Shown: piece after piece, positions 1 through 13,330 of the stretch | Layout of the letters: each line of letters starts with the position of its first letter | Position numbering within the stretch: the first letter of the stretch is position 1 | Assembly (NCBI GenBank): GCA_012026655.1 | Contig: JAAILG010001241.1 | Coordinates: 1-64,000, forward strand | Source: Hydrolagus affinis | Taxonomy: Eukaryota | Direction: 5' to 3' | Length of the DNA stretch: 64,000 nt | Notes under the pieces: model-generated | What the model was told of the DNA's origin: nothing | The model's database searches: none | What the model saw: the letters and a program-made list of their open reading frames with translations, nothing else | Position numbers and translations under genes: made by a program

Positions 1-280
1 GTGAGGGGGAGAGTATGTGTTTGTATATACATACATATGTGTTTGCGTAATGGAGGGAGGGCGTTTATTGGGGAGTGTGTTTATCGTGAGTGTGTATACA
101 GGGTGCTGGGGGGTGGGGGGGGGAGCAAAAGAGTGTCTACAGGGGGAGTGGTGTGTGTACAGGGGGCAATCTTGTGAGGAATGTGTGTGTGGGTGGTTTG
201 TGGACTGAGGACTGTGTGTGGGAGTGGTGGTGGGGGGGGGGGGAAAGAGAGTGTGTGGACAGGGGGAGAGTGTGTGGGGC
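1..280 (+). repeat. G/GT-rich low-complexity tract
   Basis: Degenerate gtgtgt / ggggg / gagagt units with several long G runs. Confidence 0.8.
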
Positions 281-2223
281 AATTAATTCTCCTGCTGGTA
301 AACTGCAGCCGTTGTGGCTGAGTGAATGTGGCTCTGGGAGAGTCACTCCTGCAAGTGCAGAGGTGCAGCTGTATTTTAACTCTTTAAACTATATAATAAA
401 TTGAAATTGCGTTTTGAATAATAAATTGAAATTTCATCTCCCCTTATTAGACGGATACACCACCCGCTGCCCCATACGTATGCCAATGTGTGATTAATCA
501 GGTTCCCTGTATATAATCTCTTTCCCCTCTCCCAACTCTTTCCCCAAACTTTGGCGCCCACCTCTCTCCTGACTACAACAACAGATTACATTTCACATCA
601 GGAGAACATCCCAAAGTGTTGACAAGTGCAATAAGTGCATTTAAACCACTGTTTTAAGAGACTACACTGCCTGTTTCTGGAGGGTGCACCCACTTGCTTA
701 AATCCAATGCCATAATGGATGAGAAGGGAGTGGGGATTGCAGTGATTTCCAAAACTTAGTATTGATTCTAGCTGTATTTGTTTCAAGGGTTAATGCCTCG
801 AAATCTCTGCCCTTCGTCATCAATGTTTATCGAAATTTTGTTGATTTCACAGCCAATAACGTCAGTGGTGTTTATTTTATTGGGAAAGTTTAAGGGAGAA
901 AAGAGGATGTATTAATGTGCTTTTAAAACCTTTCAGTCATGTAGCTTAATTCGTTAGTTCTAAATGTTTTTCTGTGCTCGCTGTGTTAAACCGCTGAGGG
1001 CAGAAGCATGAACTGTTCTGTGCCAATTTATCTGAATTTTGGAGATTTTATCTGTATGTGACAATTTTACAGATTATTTAATAGCAAAACAATTGTTGAA
1101 TTTAGGGCTTGTCAATGGCAGTAAATGTTGTTCTTGTAGGTAAATTTAGTATTTATTTGTAAATTGTAATACTATTTTCTAAAGGAAATGTTTAAGACTT
1201 GTGTGTCTTAAATTAGAATACCCTCATGTTTTGATGTAATCCTTATCTCACTACGCATTGCCACTAGTTCAGGTTTTCCATGGCTTTTATGATATTTTCC
1301 TGTTTAGATTACGTTCACTTAAGCTTGCAGTGCACATTAAATCCTTAAATGCATCTGTTTGTACCCTATTTCCTGCCTTCCTGTGTTTTTCTTTTTAAGA
1401 AAAAAAGTAAAATGTTTTGGCATAATGTGCAAGTCAGATTTTAGGCACTTCCACAGCTGAACAGATGATGTAGTAAGTCTATCACATATGTTGTGGTACA
1501 AGGTGCCACCAGGGAAATGGGGTCAGGGCTGAAGGGGTGGGGGGTGGTAATGCGCAGCTGGAGGTTCCTTAATTAGTACGATTCTAAAATGGTGGGCTTG
1601 GAAAAGTAGTTCTGCTTTTTCCTTTGTGGTTCACTAAAAATTGAAGTACAGTATTGCTAATTGTGCTAAGAAATCAATACAATTCTGATCATGGTGCTTC
1701 CAAAATTGTGAATCCTTCATAGTTTATACATTGTGTAGCAGACAGCGTCACATTTTTGAGGCTCAGTCTTACAAAATAAACCATCGATTGTATTTTCCAA
1801 AGTGATCCTCATTTTGTGTCTCTTTCTAATCCCAAATTTATTTGATATGCCTTCAGGTGCCTTCTCCTTCCCACCCCTCCCACATCCTCTCTTTAAAGTG
1901 CCAACTTTATATAATTATAGAGATACTGACTGGTTTCATATGTGACCCTAGGTCAAAATCTAATCCTGCACTGGATGTATAATCCATCAGATGGTAAAAT
2001 GTGAAAGAGTTGGAATTTTAGCAAGACAATGTGATATTTTACAAAATGTGCTATATTCTGGTGATCTCTCAGTCACTTTCTATTGGATGAGTGGAAGAGG
2101 AAGAAGTAAAGTACTGTAGAATACATCCATCAATGTGCTTGTGCATATTTACAATGTTTATCAGATATCATGAATTTGTATCAATTCTATTTCCAAATTT
2201 ACTACGTGCAGTACTACTACACT

Positions 2224-2289
2224 AACAACAACAGCAAAATTACATTTATAGAGCGCCTTTCATGACGGGAGGACGTCCCAAGGCGCTGA
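2224..2289 (-). mobile_element. L2-type LINE 3' tail fragment
   Basis: aacaacaac...ttacatttatagagcgcctttcatgacgggaggacgtcccaaggcgctg; the same tail ends the longer L2 copies at 12946 and 23264. Confidence 0.75.
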
Positions 2290-2672
2290 AACCACAGTCT
2301 ATCAGTTGCATTTAAGTTCAGTATTAAAATGTTTGTGAATTGTTGGCTCATGTGGCACATTAAGAGTAGATTTGGTTTCAAAACTCATTAAGTGGATCGC
2401 AAGTAAAACTGCGAAAGCAAACAAATGTAGGTCTTCCATTTCTCAAGCACCTGAGAAATTTACAATTAAATTAAGCCTAAATTTTTCAAGTCCCTGAGAA
2501 ATTTACTTTGTTAGAATTTGCCAAAATCCAATATAGCTGTCTGTTGGATACAGAATAGGATGTTTTTATCCCACTTAAACAATGTTTACGACCAATCTGT
2601 TTGTTTGTAAACCTTCACCACTGAGAGATTTTTCTCACCGTATTATAGAAATGTACTTTCATAAAGTGTGAA

Positions 2673-2812
2673 AATAATAATCTTTGCATTTGATATAGCG
2701 CTTTTCACTTCTTTTAGATGTCTCAAAGCACTTCCAGAATATACCGTATAGTGAATTGACTGTATATTTGTGGGCGAAATGCAGCAGCGAATTGTGCATA
2801 GCAGTGATGCCC
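2673..2812 (-). mobile_element. tRNA-derived SINE family A, 3' half
   Basis: Reverse complement of the 3' half of the full copy at 9962-10276. Confidence 0.85.
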
Positions 2813-3039
2813 TTCTCTTCACACTCTTCCCCATTACCGGCAGTCAATTCCTTTTTTTTGACACAAGTGGCACATGAAGAATGGCATTTGGGTGAGATGC
2901 TGGATAGCTGCCAGTTGCCATGCAAACCTATGAAAGGAGTTTTTTTTAGACGAGGGGGAAAAATTGACTATGTTGAAGGCAATTTTTGTAATTGACTCAC
3001 GTTGCTGAAAAAAGTCAAATAATGGAGTTCCCTCTGTCT

Positions 3040-3175
3040 TAAATGACTTGCTGTGTGGGGTGAGCCATATAGACCACGAGCTCCCAGGTTTGATTCTTTG
3101 TCTGTTCCTAGCTAGCTGATTGTCATTGGGAGAGTTGTGGGATGCTATAATTAACCTTATTGCCCTGAGAATCCC
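3040..3175 (+). mobile_element. Old degenerate SINE-like repeat fragment
   Basis: gagccatatagaccacgagctcccaggtttgattc... with related, diverged pieces at about 4425-4480 and 10530-10680 on the - strand; family not identified. Confidence 0.4.
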
Positions 3176-4517
3176 ATGGGGCTTACGTTTGTGAGTGTTG
3201 TCTAGTTATCACTCCTTGAAATTTATTGGATGTTGGGTACAGGCAGTAATGAGCTTGGCTGTGATCTGCTTCATGGTTCAATGGCCTGCTGAAGCTGATT
3301 GTCTGAGCTTGCATCAGAAGAATGGTTACTCGGGTGAGCAACTGTAGGGCAATGGTGCCAGTAAAACTTTTGAGGAAGAGATTGGAACAGTTGGTTATAT
3401 ATTTTATAACCATTACCTCACTACCAGCAAAACCTTTATTATAATCTGCAGAATAAAAAAAAGCCTGAAGACCTAGTGGGAACTACAACAGAAATGTTTC
3501 CCCAGAAATGTGTTTTGTCTCATACCACATTTGAGTTTTAAGTTGGCATTGGATTTGATTTTGAATCCATCCTTATGCCTGGCTGCTTTTATACTACAGG
3601 TGGCTTTTGGAGCTGGCGAGTAGGAGAGAACGTGATTGCTGCCCCCCTGATGTTGGTTTGTACCCCTGCACAACTTTTTTTTCTCTCCCTCAACTTGCTT
3701 TGGCTGCTGCATAGGGCCTGCTAAAGAAGCCTGACATTTGTGCATGGAGAAATTAACTTCCAACCTGACTAAGACAGTGATGTGAAACTGCTGAGAGTTG
3801 CCTTAAACTGCCTGTTTAAAATTTGCTGATTGCCTTCTCAGCTGTATTGCTGATTTGTTTTTGTGTTGCTGCTTATGTGAATGGTCACTGCAGCTTAAAA
3901 CTCTTAAAAGACGATCTTATGTTGAGGGCAGTTTGCAATAGGTAATTTGTACTGTAATTATTGCCTTAGTATGATTTAATCTTCTCATCTAATGGTAATT
4001 CTGTAGTAACCACAATGGTATCTGAATACACCTGTATCTTTTTGTATGCTTCATCTTTGCGTTATGCAAAAATTATTCCTGTCATGGTAAGTGGCCTTCT
4101 TTGCCCCCCTGCTTAACATACAAGCTACTCCAAATATTATGAAAGATAGTTTTGAGAAATGATCTCTACTGAAGATGGTAAATCGTGCTGTGACATTTTC
4201 AATGAAAGTTGCTACTCCTTAAGCGCAGTGTGGACAGTGATCTGAGGACTGTCTTCTCACATGATGACTATGTGGGGACATTTTAGAGTGCTATATCAAA
4301 TGCTATTATTATTACCTTCCAGAAGGGACTTCTTTCAGATTGGGTCACCAAATTGTGAGAAGAAGCAGAAACCCTTGTCCAAAATCTCTGGACTCTATCC
4401 AGTTATTTGGCCTTACTGCTTTCCTGACTGAGATGAACTAATTCAGCAAAACTAGAGACTTGGGCATTCCAGGTTTTTGGTTTAGTATTATAATGTGTAC
4501 ATATATATATCATATAT

Positions 4518-4771
4518 ATAATCCTTGCGTTTGATATAGTGCTTTTCGTGTCTTCTAGACGTCTTAAAACGCTTCACAGAATATACTGTACAGTGAATTT
4601 ATTGTATTTGTGGGTGAAACGCGGCAGCCAATTACACACAGCAGTGGTCCCACAAGCTGTCGTAGATTGAAATGACCATTTATCATAGTTTTAAAAAAAA
4701 TTAATTATTGTTAGTTGTGTGGAGTAAGGAAACTTGCCCAGGGTTTTTCCCTGCCTGGATTGAAACTGGTT
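4518..4771 (-). mobile_element. SINE family A, near full length (head truncated)
   Basis: Reverse complement of tail, body and ...gggcaagtttccttactccac segment. Confidence 0.85.
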
Positions 4772-6451
4772 TATATAACTAAGCCAAGGGAGGAATATCC
4801 AAAGTTAGCCTATTTGGCCCTTTGCTTTATTGTCATCATCATGGTGTGGGCAGAGATTGGATTGATGTGCAGATATTAATATCATTTGTCTGTTTAAATT
4901 TTAAAATAAAACTACAGTAGTTTAGGTTCCATTTGTCTAGACAGTTATTTCACTTGACATTTGCCTTGTTATGCTTCCATTAGCAATCCAAGACCAAGAT
5001 TGCTCTTTCATCTATCCCTTTTGGTTTTTCATATCAATTAGACAAATTTAGCTGGTGGCCAACCAGACTATATTCATGTATGAAGGCATTTTTAATCCTC
5101 CCTTTCTCTCCCCACACATATAAACCACTTTACATGTTTGAGCAAGACTCTGTACTTGTATAATAATCAACTATTTGAAGGAATGTAGGCCAGTAATCTA
5201 ATTGATTCATCCAGATTACCTGCCGTAATTTAATACTCAATTACTGTAAGGATAGGTTGGAAGCATATCTTAATAGAATGGAGAAAATAAATAAAAGGAT
5301 AACTAACAGCTGAAATGGGTTACCAGGAAGGCTCATTGAGGGTCGAATACTGGACTCAATTTAACAACAACAAAATAACCTATACTTTATGGAATATTCC
5401 CATAACATTAGATTTGGTATTCTAGAAGGATAAAATCAAAAGGGATTGAAGAGCCTTTTGTGATTTTGTTATAGGAAGATTTTTGTTTCAAAGTAATCTG
5501 ATCATTTTTATCCCCTGGAGCCCACTTCCTCAATTCTTATGTAATGTGCTAATTAAATGATTTATTTTAAATTTTCAAATGCATTTATTCACAGTAGCCT
5601 TTGTTTAAAAAAATTGCACGTATTTAAATACATTAATTTGCATTTACAATGCATCCTCCTTGCATGTAGTGTCCCTGAGCGCTTTATATAACCTAATGTA
5701 GAACATGTAGTGTAATAGTCAAAAATTAAAATGGCCCACCCTAATCTGTGTTTTTTAAACCTACCAGACAGTTTGAAAATTGTATTGGTTGGCAAACTCC
5801 TAGCTTTTTTTCCCAGGCTTTAGACAATAGGAATTTCCCCAGTTTATTCAACAGTCTATACCAGACTGTAGTTTTATGAAGCTTAAGATTCTAAATGTCT
5901 GCTTTGACAATAAATGAAAACGGGGATGGTGTTAAAGTTTTAGGAGCTCTGAAAGAGTGCATTGAAACAATAATAGTGCGTCTGTCCTTTTGACATTTGT
6001 CATTTGAATTTTTGGTACAACTATTTTTGGTACAATATTGGCACAAATCTCATGGTCATTTTAAAGAATCAATAGTTCTTACAATTTTTTTTTGTTTTTA
6101 TCAAATTAGTCGTGGTTGTAAACTGTCTAATCGTGTTTGAAAACGATGTCTTGTGGACCCCAGAGTGTGCATTGGGGTACTGACCACTGGAGTTTAATCA
6201 GCTAAAAGTATTATTCACAACCTTATATTTGGTGTCCATATGTTGTCTATCAGGGTTGTTGGTGAATGCTACACTGGTAAACGTGGCATTGAGAGCATCC
6301 ACTAGAAATTTAGTAATAATAAAAATGTAGATGGATAGATGCATATCAGATTCTTTACCTTTCCTTTTTCTGAGAAAAATCTCAAACTTTAAAAAAAAAC
6401 CTTTTTTGGCATCACACCTCAGGTGAATTGGCCCTTCAGAAGAACGATACA

Positions 6452-6729
6452 GTGGAGTCCTGTAACTCAGTGGTTAGAGCATTTGCCTTATAAGCATGAG
6501 ACCTGTGTTCAATTCTAGGCAGGTCAGGGCGAAATCTTGGGCAACTTTCCTTACTCCACATGCTTGATAATAATCTCTCCAAAAAATAATAAATTGGTAA
6601 TTTCAATCCACGACTTTGTGGAACACTGATGTGCGCAATTGGCTGCCATGTTTCACCCACAAATATATAGTGAATTCACTTATAGCATATTCTGTGAAAA
6701 GCGCCATATCAAGTGCAAGTATTATTATT
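6452..6729 (+). mobile_element. SINE family A, full length
   Basis: Pol III A box (taactcagtgg) and B-box-like gtgttcaattct, Deu-like 3' body, tail ending in (att)n. Confidence 0.9.
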
Positions 6730-8099
6730 GTAGTGGTTGGCGAACTTCTATCTGATAAATTTCAGAAACAGATTTGAATGCACTCTCCCGAAGATTGTAA
6801 GTAAATTGTTGATTTTGAGGCTTATGAATCAGAATTAGTTGGGGAGTCATTTGTGAGTGACTTTTAACAAAGTCACTCAAAAATTAACAACTTTTGATTA
6901 TCTAGCAATGCTGCTGTTTGGTTTGGCATTTGAATCTTCTCTGGTCAAGTAATTATACACACTTTGTCCAAGTTTACAGTGACCCCTTAAGCAAGGTGCA
7001 GCTATTAAATCAAACCCTAATGTGAGATCCTTCCCTTTAGGAATGATAAATAGTCAGTCTATTATTGACTTAATACTGTATATCAAAATCCTTAAAAAGA
7101 ATTAGAATAAAATCCTGTAATAAAGTAGTGCATTTCAATTAACTTTAGTCAAGTAACAGAACATAGTAGTTGCAGAACGTTATGTGTTCTTATTAATAAT
7201 GCATTCAATCAATCTAATTTTTGTTCCTGTGGAGAAACTATTTTTAAAATGTACAATGTCACATTCAAGATAAAATTCTCCCAACAAGGTTCTTTCAAGA
7301 AAGTATGACGAGATTCCCTTGAGCTGAGAAGCCAAGTATACAAAAAATATAATTCAGTTTGTGTGCTGATTCCACAGATGGAGAAAAAAAGTTTCAGATA
7401 GGAAATCTGCAGTCCATAGAGTTTGGCACGCCAATAAATCTGTAGATTGTTAATTTTGAATCTTGCATGTAGCTAGTAGCCTCCACTGGAATCTAAGGCA
7501 ATCCATTTCAGCTTGATTTAAATTGACATTTCTTCAAAAATATAATTTTTTCATGCTATTTTTGAATCTTGTAGAGTATCTAATCCATAAAAGTTCTTTA
7601 TTTTGACATTAAAGGATAAAGCAAAAACGTATGTAAGAAATCTATCTTTTTTTAAAAAAATGTAATTGGTCTCTAAAATGACATATATGCTTATTTATCA
7701 CTTTGATTTATGTTCTAAATTATTTGGAATTTTTATGTTAATTTCTGACCCAACATTAATGTCGTCTGGGTTTAAGATTCCGAGTTTGATATATTTGGTG
7801 GTGCAAAGCCACTTCAGTCTTGTACCTATCGGAATTATAAATTTGAGAAATTCAGTAGCACAACATCCTGTGAATAATATTTTAGTTTTTAAAAACTATG
7901 CCAGAAACCTGTCTCCCGCTGTGCCAAGCATGAATTCTCATTGGAAAAATGAGCAAAAGTTATCTGTGCTTTTTCCAGTGCTTCTCATGTTGCTCCCTAT
8001 TTAATATCTCTATTTCGTAAGTTGAGTTCAAAGGAAGACCTTTTATACCATTTGCTGTGAGCCTTTTTGAGTACCAACGTTTCCCCCATTACATCTTCA

Positions 8100-8310
8100 A
8101 GCTTGAAGGAAGTGGGATTCCGGGATGGAGTTCAAGAGAATGTGGCGTTGAAGGCATGAAGTAGTCGCATGGACAGGATGACATGAAGTAGGGCAATGTC
8201 TGCAGAGCAGCGCCTGCAGTGCAGAGGGAAAGGTTGGGTTGGTAAGACTTTAGAGGATCAGAAAGGTAGACAATTAGCGGGTTGGAAAACACTTTTATAC
8301 AACCCACCAG
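8100..8310 (-). mobile_element. L2 LINE ORF2 3' fragment, degenerate
   Basis: Minus-strand translation KVFSNPLIVYLSDPLKSYQP resembles the L2 FK.L.GLAP.YL.DLL..YQP motif seen in other copies here. Confidence 0.55.
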
Positions 8311-8729
8311 TGGCTGTAGGAAAATTGTAATGTTTACAACAGTTGTGAGTTAGTCCCAAGAAAATCTTTTTTTCTACAGATGTCTTGCAATGAGGTTTTC
8401 TGAAAGCTCACCAATAGTGATCATTGTCTATACTGTACCTGTGTTTTATATAAAACTGCTAGATGGGATTTGGTTGGGGTTTTGTTAGCTTTTATACTTT
8501 TTAAATTACACCTTGTTTTAAAATCTTGATTCTACCTTTGTTTGTTCATTGCAGCAGGGATTAAGGGAGCCAGAAAATCTGAGACGTCATTTTAGTGACA
8601 TGAGAGATTTTTCATTGTCTTTTGGTTTGCCAAAGCTTTTTCATAAATCCCTTTAATGCAGAGCCAAAACCAAGTCCAGAAAGATTATCAATGATATAAT
8701 TTAACCGTCCTATTGCATTGCCTTTAACA

Positions 8730-8929
8730 CAGTAAAAGTCTGTTTATCCGGCACCCGATCAACCATATCTTCTGTATAACCGGCACCGCAAAAAAAATCT
8801 GCATTCGATTAACCAGAATTTATCCAGAAAAATGCATTGACTTTTTTTGAGTTTTCGGCCAAATATCGGCATGTGCTTTAACCAGCATTGGCCAGGTCCC
8901 GAGGGTGCCGGAAAAACGGGCTTTTACTG
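8730..8929 (+). mobile_element. Tigger/pogo-like MITE (200 bp)
   Basis: TIRs cagtaaaagtctgtttatccggcaccc / gggtgccggaaaaacgggcttttactg; a second copy lies at 49349-49554. Confidence 0.9.
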
Positions 8930-9079
8930 CAGTTGTTTAAAACTGATGTGTTTACCGGCCTACCCAATGCAAATTCCCAGAGCTTGCCCAATTCAAATGC
9001 TATATTTACAAAAACTTAAGCTTTTATAAAACAATTTAAAAAAATCACTCAACGTATGGGTGTTTTGTGTAACAATTCA

Positions 9080-9162
9080 TTTTACAGTCTATTTGTGAAG
9101 CACTTTGAGATGTCTTGAAGATGTGATAAGGCGCTATATCAAATGCAAGAATTATTATTATT
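9080..9162 (+). mobile_element. SINE 3' tail fragment
   Basis: gtgaagcactttgagatgtcttgaagatgtgataaggcgctatatcaaatgcaagaattattatt. Confidence 0.8.
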
Positions 9163-9961
9163 TATAAACTTAAAAGTTGAATTAATTTCAAAGTTAACAA
9201 TATCCGTCCAAACCTAAACACAGGCCAACATCAAGTAGGAGCACTGACGCAATTTGCTCTTTCGATCTTGGCTATTAGTTAAAAGTTAATACAGATGTAA
9301 GATTGATGTTTTTCCTGCCCCCCCCCACCCACCCTTTCCCACCTCTCTCTTCCCCTCCCTCCTCCTACGGTTAAATTACACAGCTCGTGCACTTAAAATG
9401 TTACAACACTCATTAGAGTTGGATTAAAGCATTTCACTGCTTTGTAAATTGATGATTTGGCATTTTTAAAAAAAAACGTTTGAATGGCATGTATTGTGTA
9501 CAGCACTGTCATTCCTGTAATGTAATGGCTGCTGTGTAGGCAGACAACTGGTAAATGGTATAGGACGAAATATAATAGCACAATATACATTGAACACAAA
9601 AATTGGTTGAGCATCTGTTGATTAACTTGCAAAACCAGCTGTGTGGTAATGTTGTAATACCAGGATGTGCAGCTGTTGCTTAAGGAAGACATTGTTTGCT
9701 TACATTTTGTTTTCTAGTTTTTGTGCTTGCCATCAAGATACATAGCAGGGCACTCACTCCTCTAGAGGGTGTCCGAGCCTTGCTCATTCCAGCCCACCTA
9801 TGACTACGCATGGTGCTGAAGGGGGACCTGTACCAGTACATCCAGCTAATTCAACCTTCCTGAGCCTCGAAGGCCTGAAGCCAATTTTCCTTTTCTTTAA
9901 AACGGCTCACCAAGCTGACAGGAGAACTATACTTTTCCCAGGATGCTTCCTTCGGGCATTT

Positions 9962-10276
9962 GTGGAGTCCTGTAACTCAGTGGTTAGAGCACTTGCCTTA
10001 CAAGCGTGAGACCTGTGTTTGAATCCAGGCATGGCGAAACCTTGAGTTAGTTTCTTTACTCCACATGCCTAATAATAATCTCCCCACCAAAAATAATAAA
10101 TTGGTCATTTCAATCCATGACTGTTTGTGGGACACTGCTGTGTGCAACTGGCTACCACGTTTAGCCCACATATATTCAGTCAATTCACTTTACAGTATAT
10201 TCTGTGAAGCATTTTGAGACATCTAGAAGACGTGAAAAGCACTTTTATTCAATGCAAGGATTTTTATTATTTATTA
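9962..10276 (+). mobile_element. SINE family A, full length
   Basis: gtggagtcctgtaactcagtggttagagc head, B-box-like gtgtttgaatcc, body and (att)n tail. Confidence 0.92.
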
Positions 10277-12614
10277 TCAAACTCTGCCATTGTTAAGCGC
10301 CCTGAAACACTACCTTGTGTAAAGGATGCTGAATAAATGCAAGTTGTTGTGTTGCTAAAGGTTTTCATGTGGTAGTTATCTGCTGAGATACCATTCAAAT
10401 AGTTATGGGTGACTGAACATAGAGACTCAGCAGGATATTTGAATGAGGAGAGCACCTCATTTTTTTTCTCTCTCTTTCAATAAGTATTGTTGAAAATGAT
10501 TAGAGCTAGAAACTTCAATATATTTTTTTGTTTTCCCTTCTCTTCTTAAGCCTAGGTAACCTTATAACAATTGTCTCCCTGACTGAAATCCACCAGCCCT
10601 AACTTGAAATAGATTAAACTTGGCTTTTCCTGATGTGTATGGTCTGATGCTTTTGTCTTTCGACCATGAGGTATCCCATTAAATTAGGTGACTACAATGA
10701 GGTTTTGAAGTTCAAGCTTTGAATTAAATATTTTAGTTCATAACCAGTTTTTCTTAAGACCTCGATCTGTTCCGTGACCAAATATCATGCTGAAATAGAC
10801 AGTTTTAAATTTTAGTATAGTTTGTCAAGATTATTCAATTTCTGACAGCTGTATTTTCTAACCAATTTAAGAATGCTTCTGCTGTTCTCCTCTCTTACAA
10901 GGATTTTATTAAAGTAATATAATTGCATGAGGTTTGAAAGCTGCATAAAAATGTGAAGGCCCATAGGTAGGCAGATTGAATTAGAGCCCTTGTGACTTGG
11001 GCAAGATGTAGCCTTTTAATGGGTTGCAAATTTTTAAATGTATAAGTTGGTTTGTTATTGCTGTTTATTATAAATTTACTTGCTACAAATGTAGTTGATT
11101 TCCTATTCAGGTACAGTAATTCAGTTCTCTGCAACTTGCCATTTGCTCAAATTTAACCTTCTGCCTTTTTTGCTAGCATAGTAATCAAGTTATTTTTCTT
11201 TAAAAGTAATGTGTACTATGTTTTGTAGAATTTGTCATGGGTGCGGTGTAATTAATGCCTCCAAGGTGAACAAATTGAGGGAAAAGTACTTGCGTAGGCA
11301 TGATAACTTATGACATCTTGAAGTGCTTCACAAGTTATTACTGTTAAGTATATGTACCTGCTTTTATGGACAGTGACAATGTCATTGAATCTCATTTTAG
11401 GCTCGGCGCTACTCCTGACAGAGATTGAACTATAAACCTCAAACCCAAGAAGTGAGAGTTGCATATTAAGCCAAACTAATGCTTCAAGCCGAATGTAGGT
11501 GCAATAAAAGATGCAGCTTTGTAATCTAATTGCATTGGATATATTTCATGGTTTAAAATTGTAGTGTAAAGAATTCTGTTTCTAAGGATCACCTTCAGGA
11601 CTGTTTAAAAAAAAGGTTGATTGGAGTCAGACATGGTTGTGTAGTACCTTTTACTTAACTACTAAAACTAATGACCCATCCCGTTCTGCTTGGCTTCACT
11701 TACCACTTCCTTTCTTTTCTCTCTCTTTCTCCCCGCACCCACCCAAACTGACCTGCTATCTAAATATTTCATTGTTCTATTCCCCCCAGTCAATCAGCAA
11801 TAAAGTCAACAGATCAGCTCTCAAGCAGTTGGTAATTTGACCCACCGATGTAGAGAATTATAAATCTACAATACTTTCTTTACATTTAGGTCAGTTTTTT
11901 ATTATGTTACTACTTAGTATCTTTGGAATATAATCATTTGTCTGGTGAATCTATACATTAACTGCACAATGAAAACCTCTTCAACAGTTAGTTATTTTTT
12001 ATTAAAGGATAAGCGGCTTAATTCATTTTGAAAATGCTGCATAATGAATTTAATCTTTTTTTCAGAAGAATTGATAGTTTTTCAAAATTGTTGACTTGCG
12101 TTGGTGACCAAAGTACTCGTTTCATCAGTTAGAAAACTGTCTGCAGAATTCCAAATAAAAGGACTAAAATGTATTCCACTGTCAGCTGTAGTACTGAGCT
12201 ACTTCCCTCAATGACTGTTAACAATGTACAGTATTCATTTTTTTCTTTTAATACAAAGGTCCCTCTATGAAGTATAACTTCCATCATTGAATATTAAGTA
12301 GTTGAGACAGCCTCAATACTATGAATGCCATTTATTTTGAAATTTCTATTTCTTTTGTCCTTCATCCTCGCTGTCAAAGGAATGCATATTTGAAAGTGCA
12401 CTCTACATTTGTAAAGACAAAAGTGCAAATGAAACTTTGCATGAACTCTCATGTGAAATCATGTGGAATTAATGCACCTGGGGTGTTATTAAAATCTGTG
12501 TAAATGTATCAAAAGTAATCCACAATACACAATGTTTTCACCTAGCCTGCATTTCAGTGCATTCAGAATTTAAAATGAGAGATGTCAACCATACTATTTC
12601 TAGAAAATTATCTA

Positions 12615-12845
12615 TTTGTGGGTTGGTTTGCATGTTAAAGATCCCTTCATGTTAATTGAACAATTTATTCCAGTGTGTTGGCCAATAATCCTCCAGATAA
12701 AATTGATAATTTACTGTTTGTGGGACATTCTGTGAACAATATAGCTGTCCTATAAAAAGTGTCTGCATCTGGCAATAATAATTACTATAAATGATTTTGA
12801 GTCAGCTTAGCCTGATGAGGTGTTATACACGTAGAAATTCTTCTA
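12615..12845 (+). mobile_element. Old DeuSINE core fragment
   Basis: atgttaaagatccc...ggccaataatc...ctgtttgtgggacatt, matching the copies at 30343 and 36323. Confidence 0.6.
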
Positions 12846-12945
12846 CTGTGAAGTAATTTACATCAGTTAATATTTGCTGCCGTAAGTTTTCTATTTTAGC
12901 TTGGCTCTTGTGAAGGATCTAGTCTATAGATATTTGCTGCCATCC

Positions 12946-13330
12946 AACAACAACAAAATTACACTTGTATAGTGCCTTTCACGTCAGGAGGACATCCCAA
13001 GACGCTGGACAGTTACTGCTTCAGACCCGATCTTAGGACGGGGGCGGCGGCGGGAAGGGGGAATTAGGAGGAGCCGATGGGTCCATCAATGAGGAGAGCC
13101 TTGAGGCGGGACTTGAAGGAGGCCAGGAAGGGGGTGAGGCTGAGGGACTGTGGGATGGAGTTCCAGAGATTGGGAGCAGAGTGGCTGAAGGCTCACTCGT
13201 CAATGGTGGGACGGGTGGGTCGGGGGCCATGGAGCAGGCCAGAGCCTGCTGAGCGGAGAGGGCAGGTTGGTAAGGAGATAGGAGGTTACAGATGAAAGGT
13301 GGGGCAAAGTTGTGGAAGGCTTTAAATGTC
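12946..13330 (-). mobile_element. L2 LINE 3' end (ORF2 C-terminus plus tail)
   Basis: Minus strand reads FKAFHNFAPPFICNLL...AFSHSAPNLWNSIPQSL, followed by a tail ending in (gtt)n. Confidence 0.85.

Noticed and set aside
6452-6530. tRNA gene (also 9962, 30343, 36323, 40177)
   Set aside because: A and B boxes are present, but the sequence runs into a SINE body and tail and no intact cloverleaf is evident.
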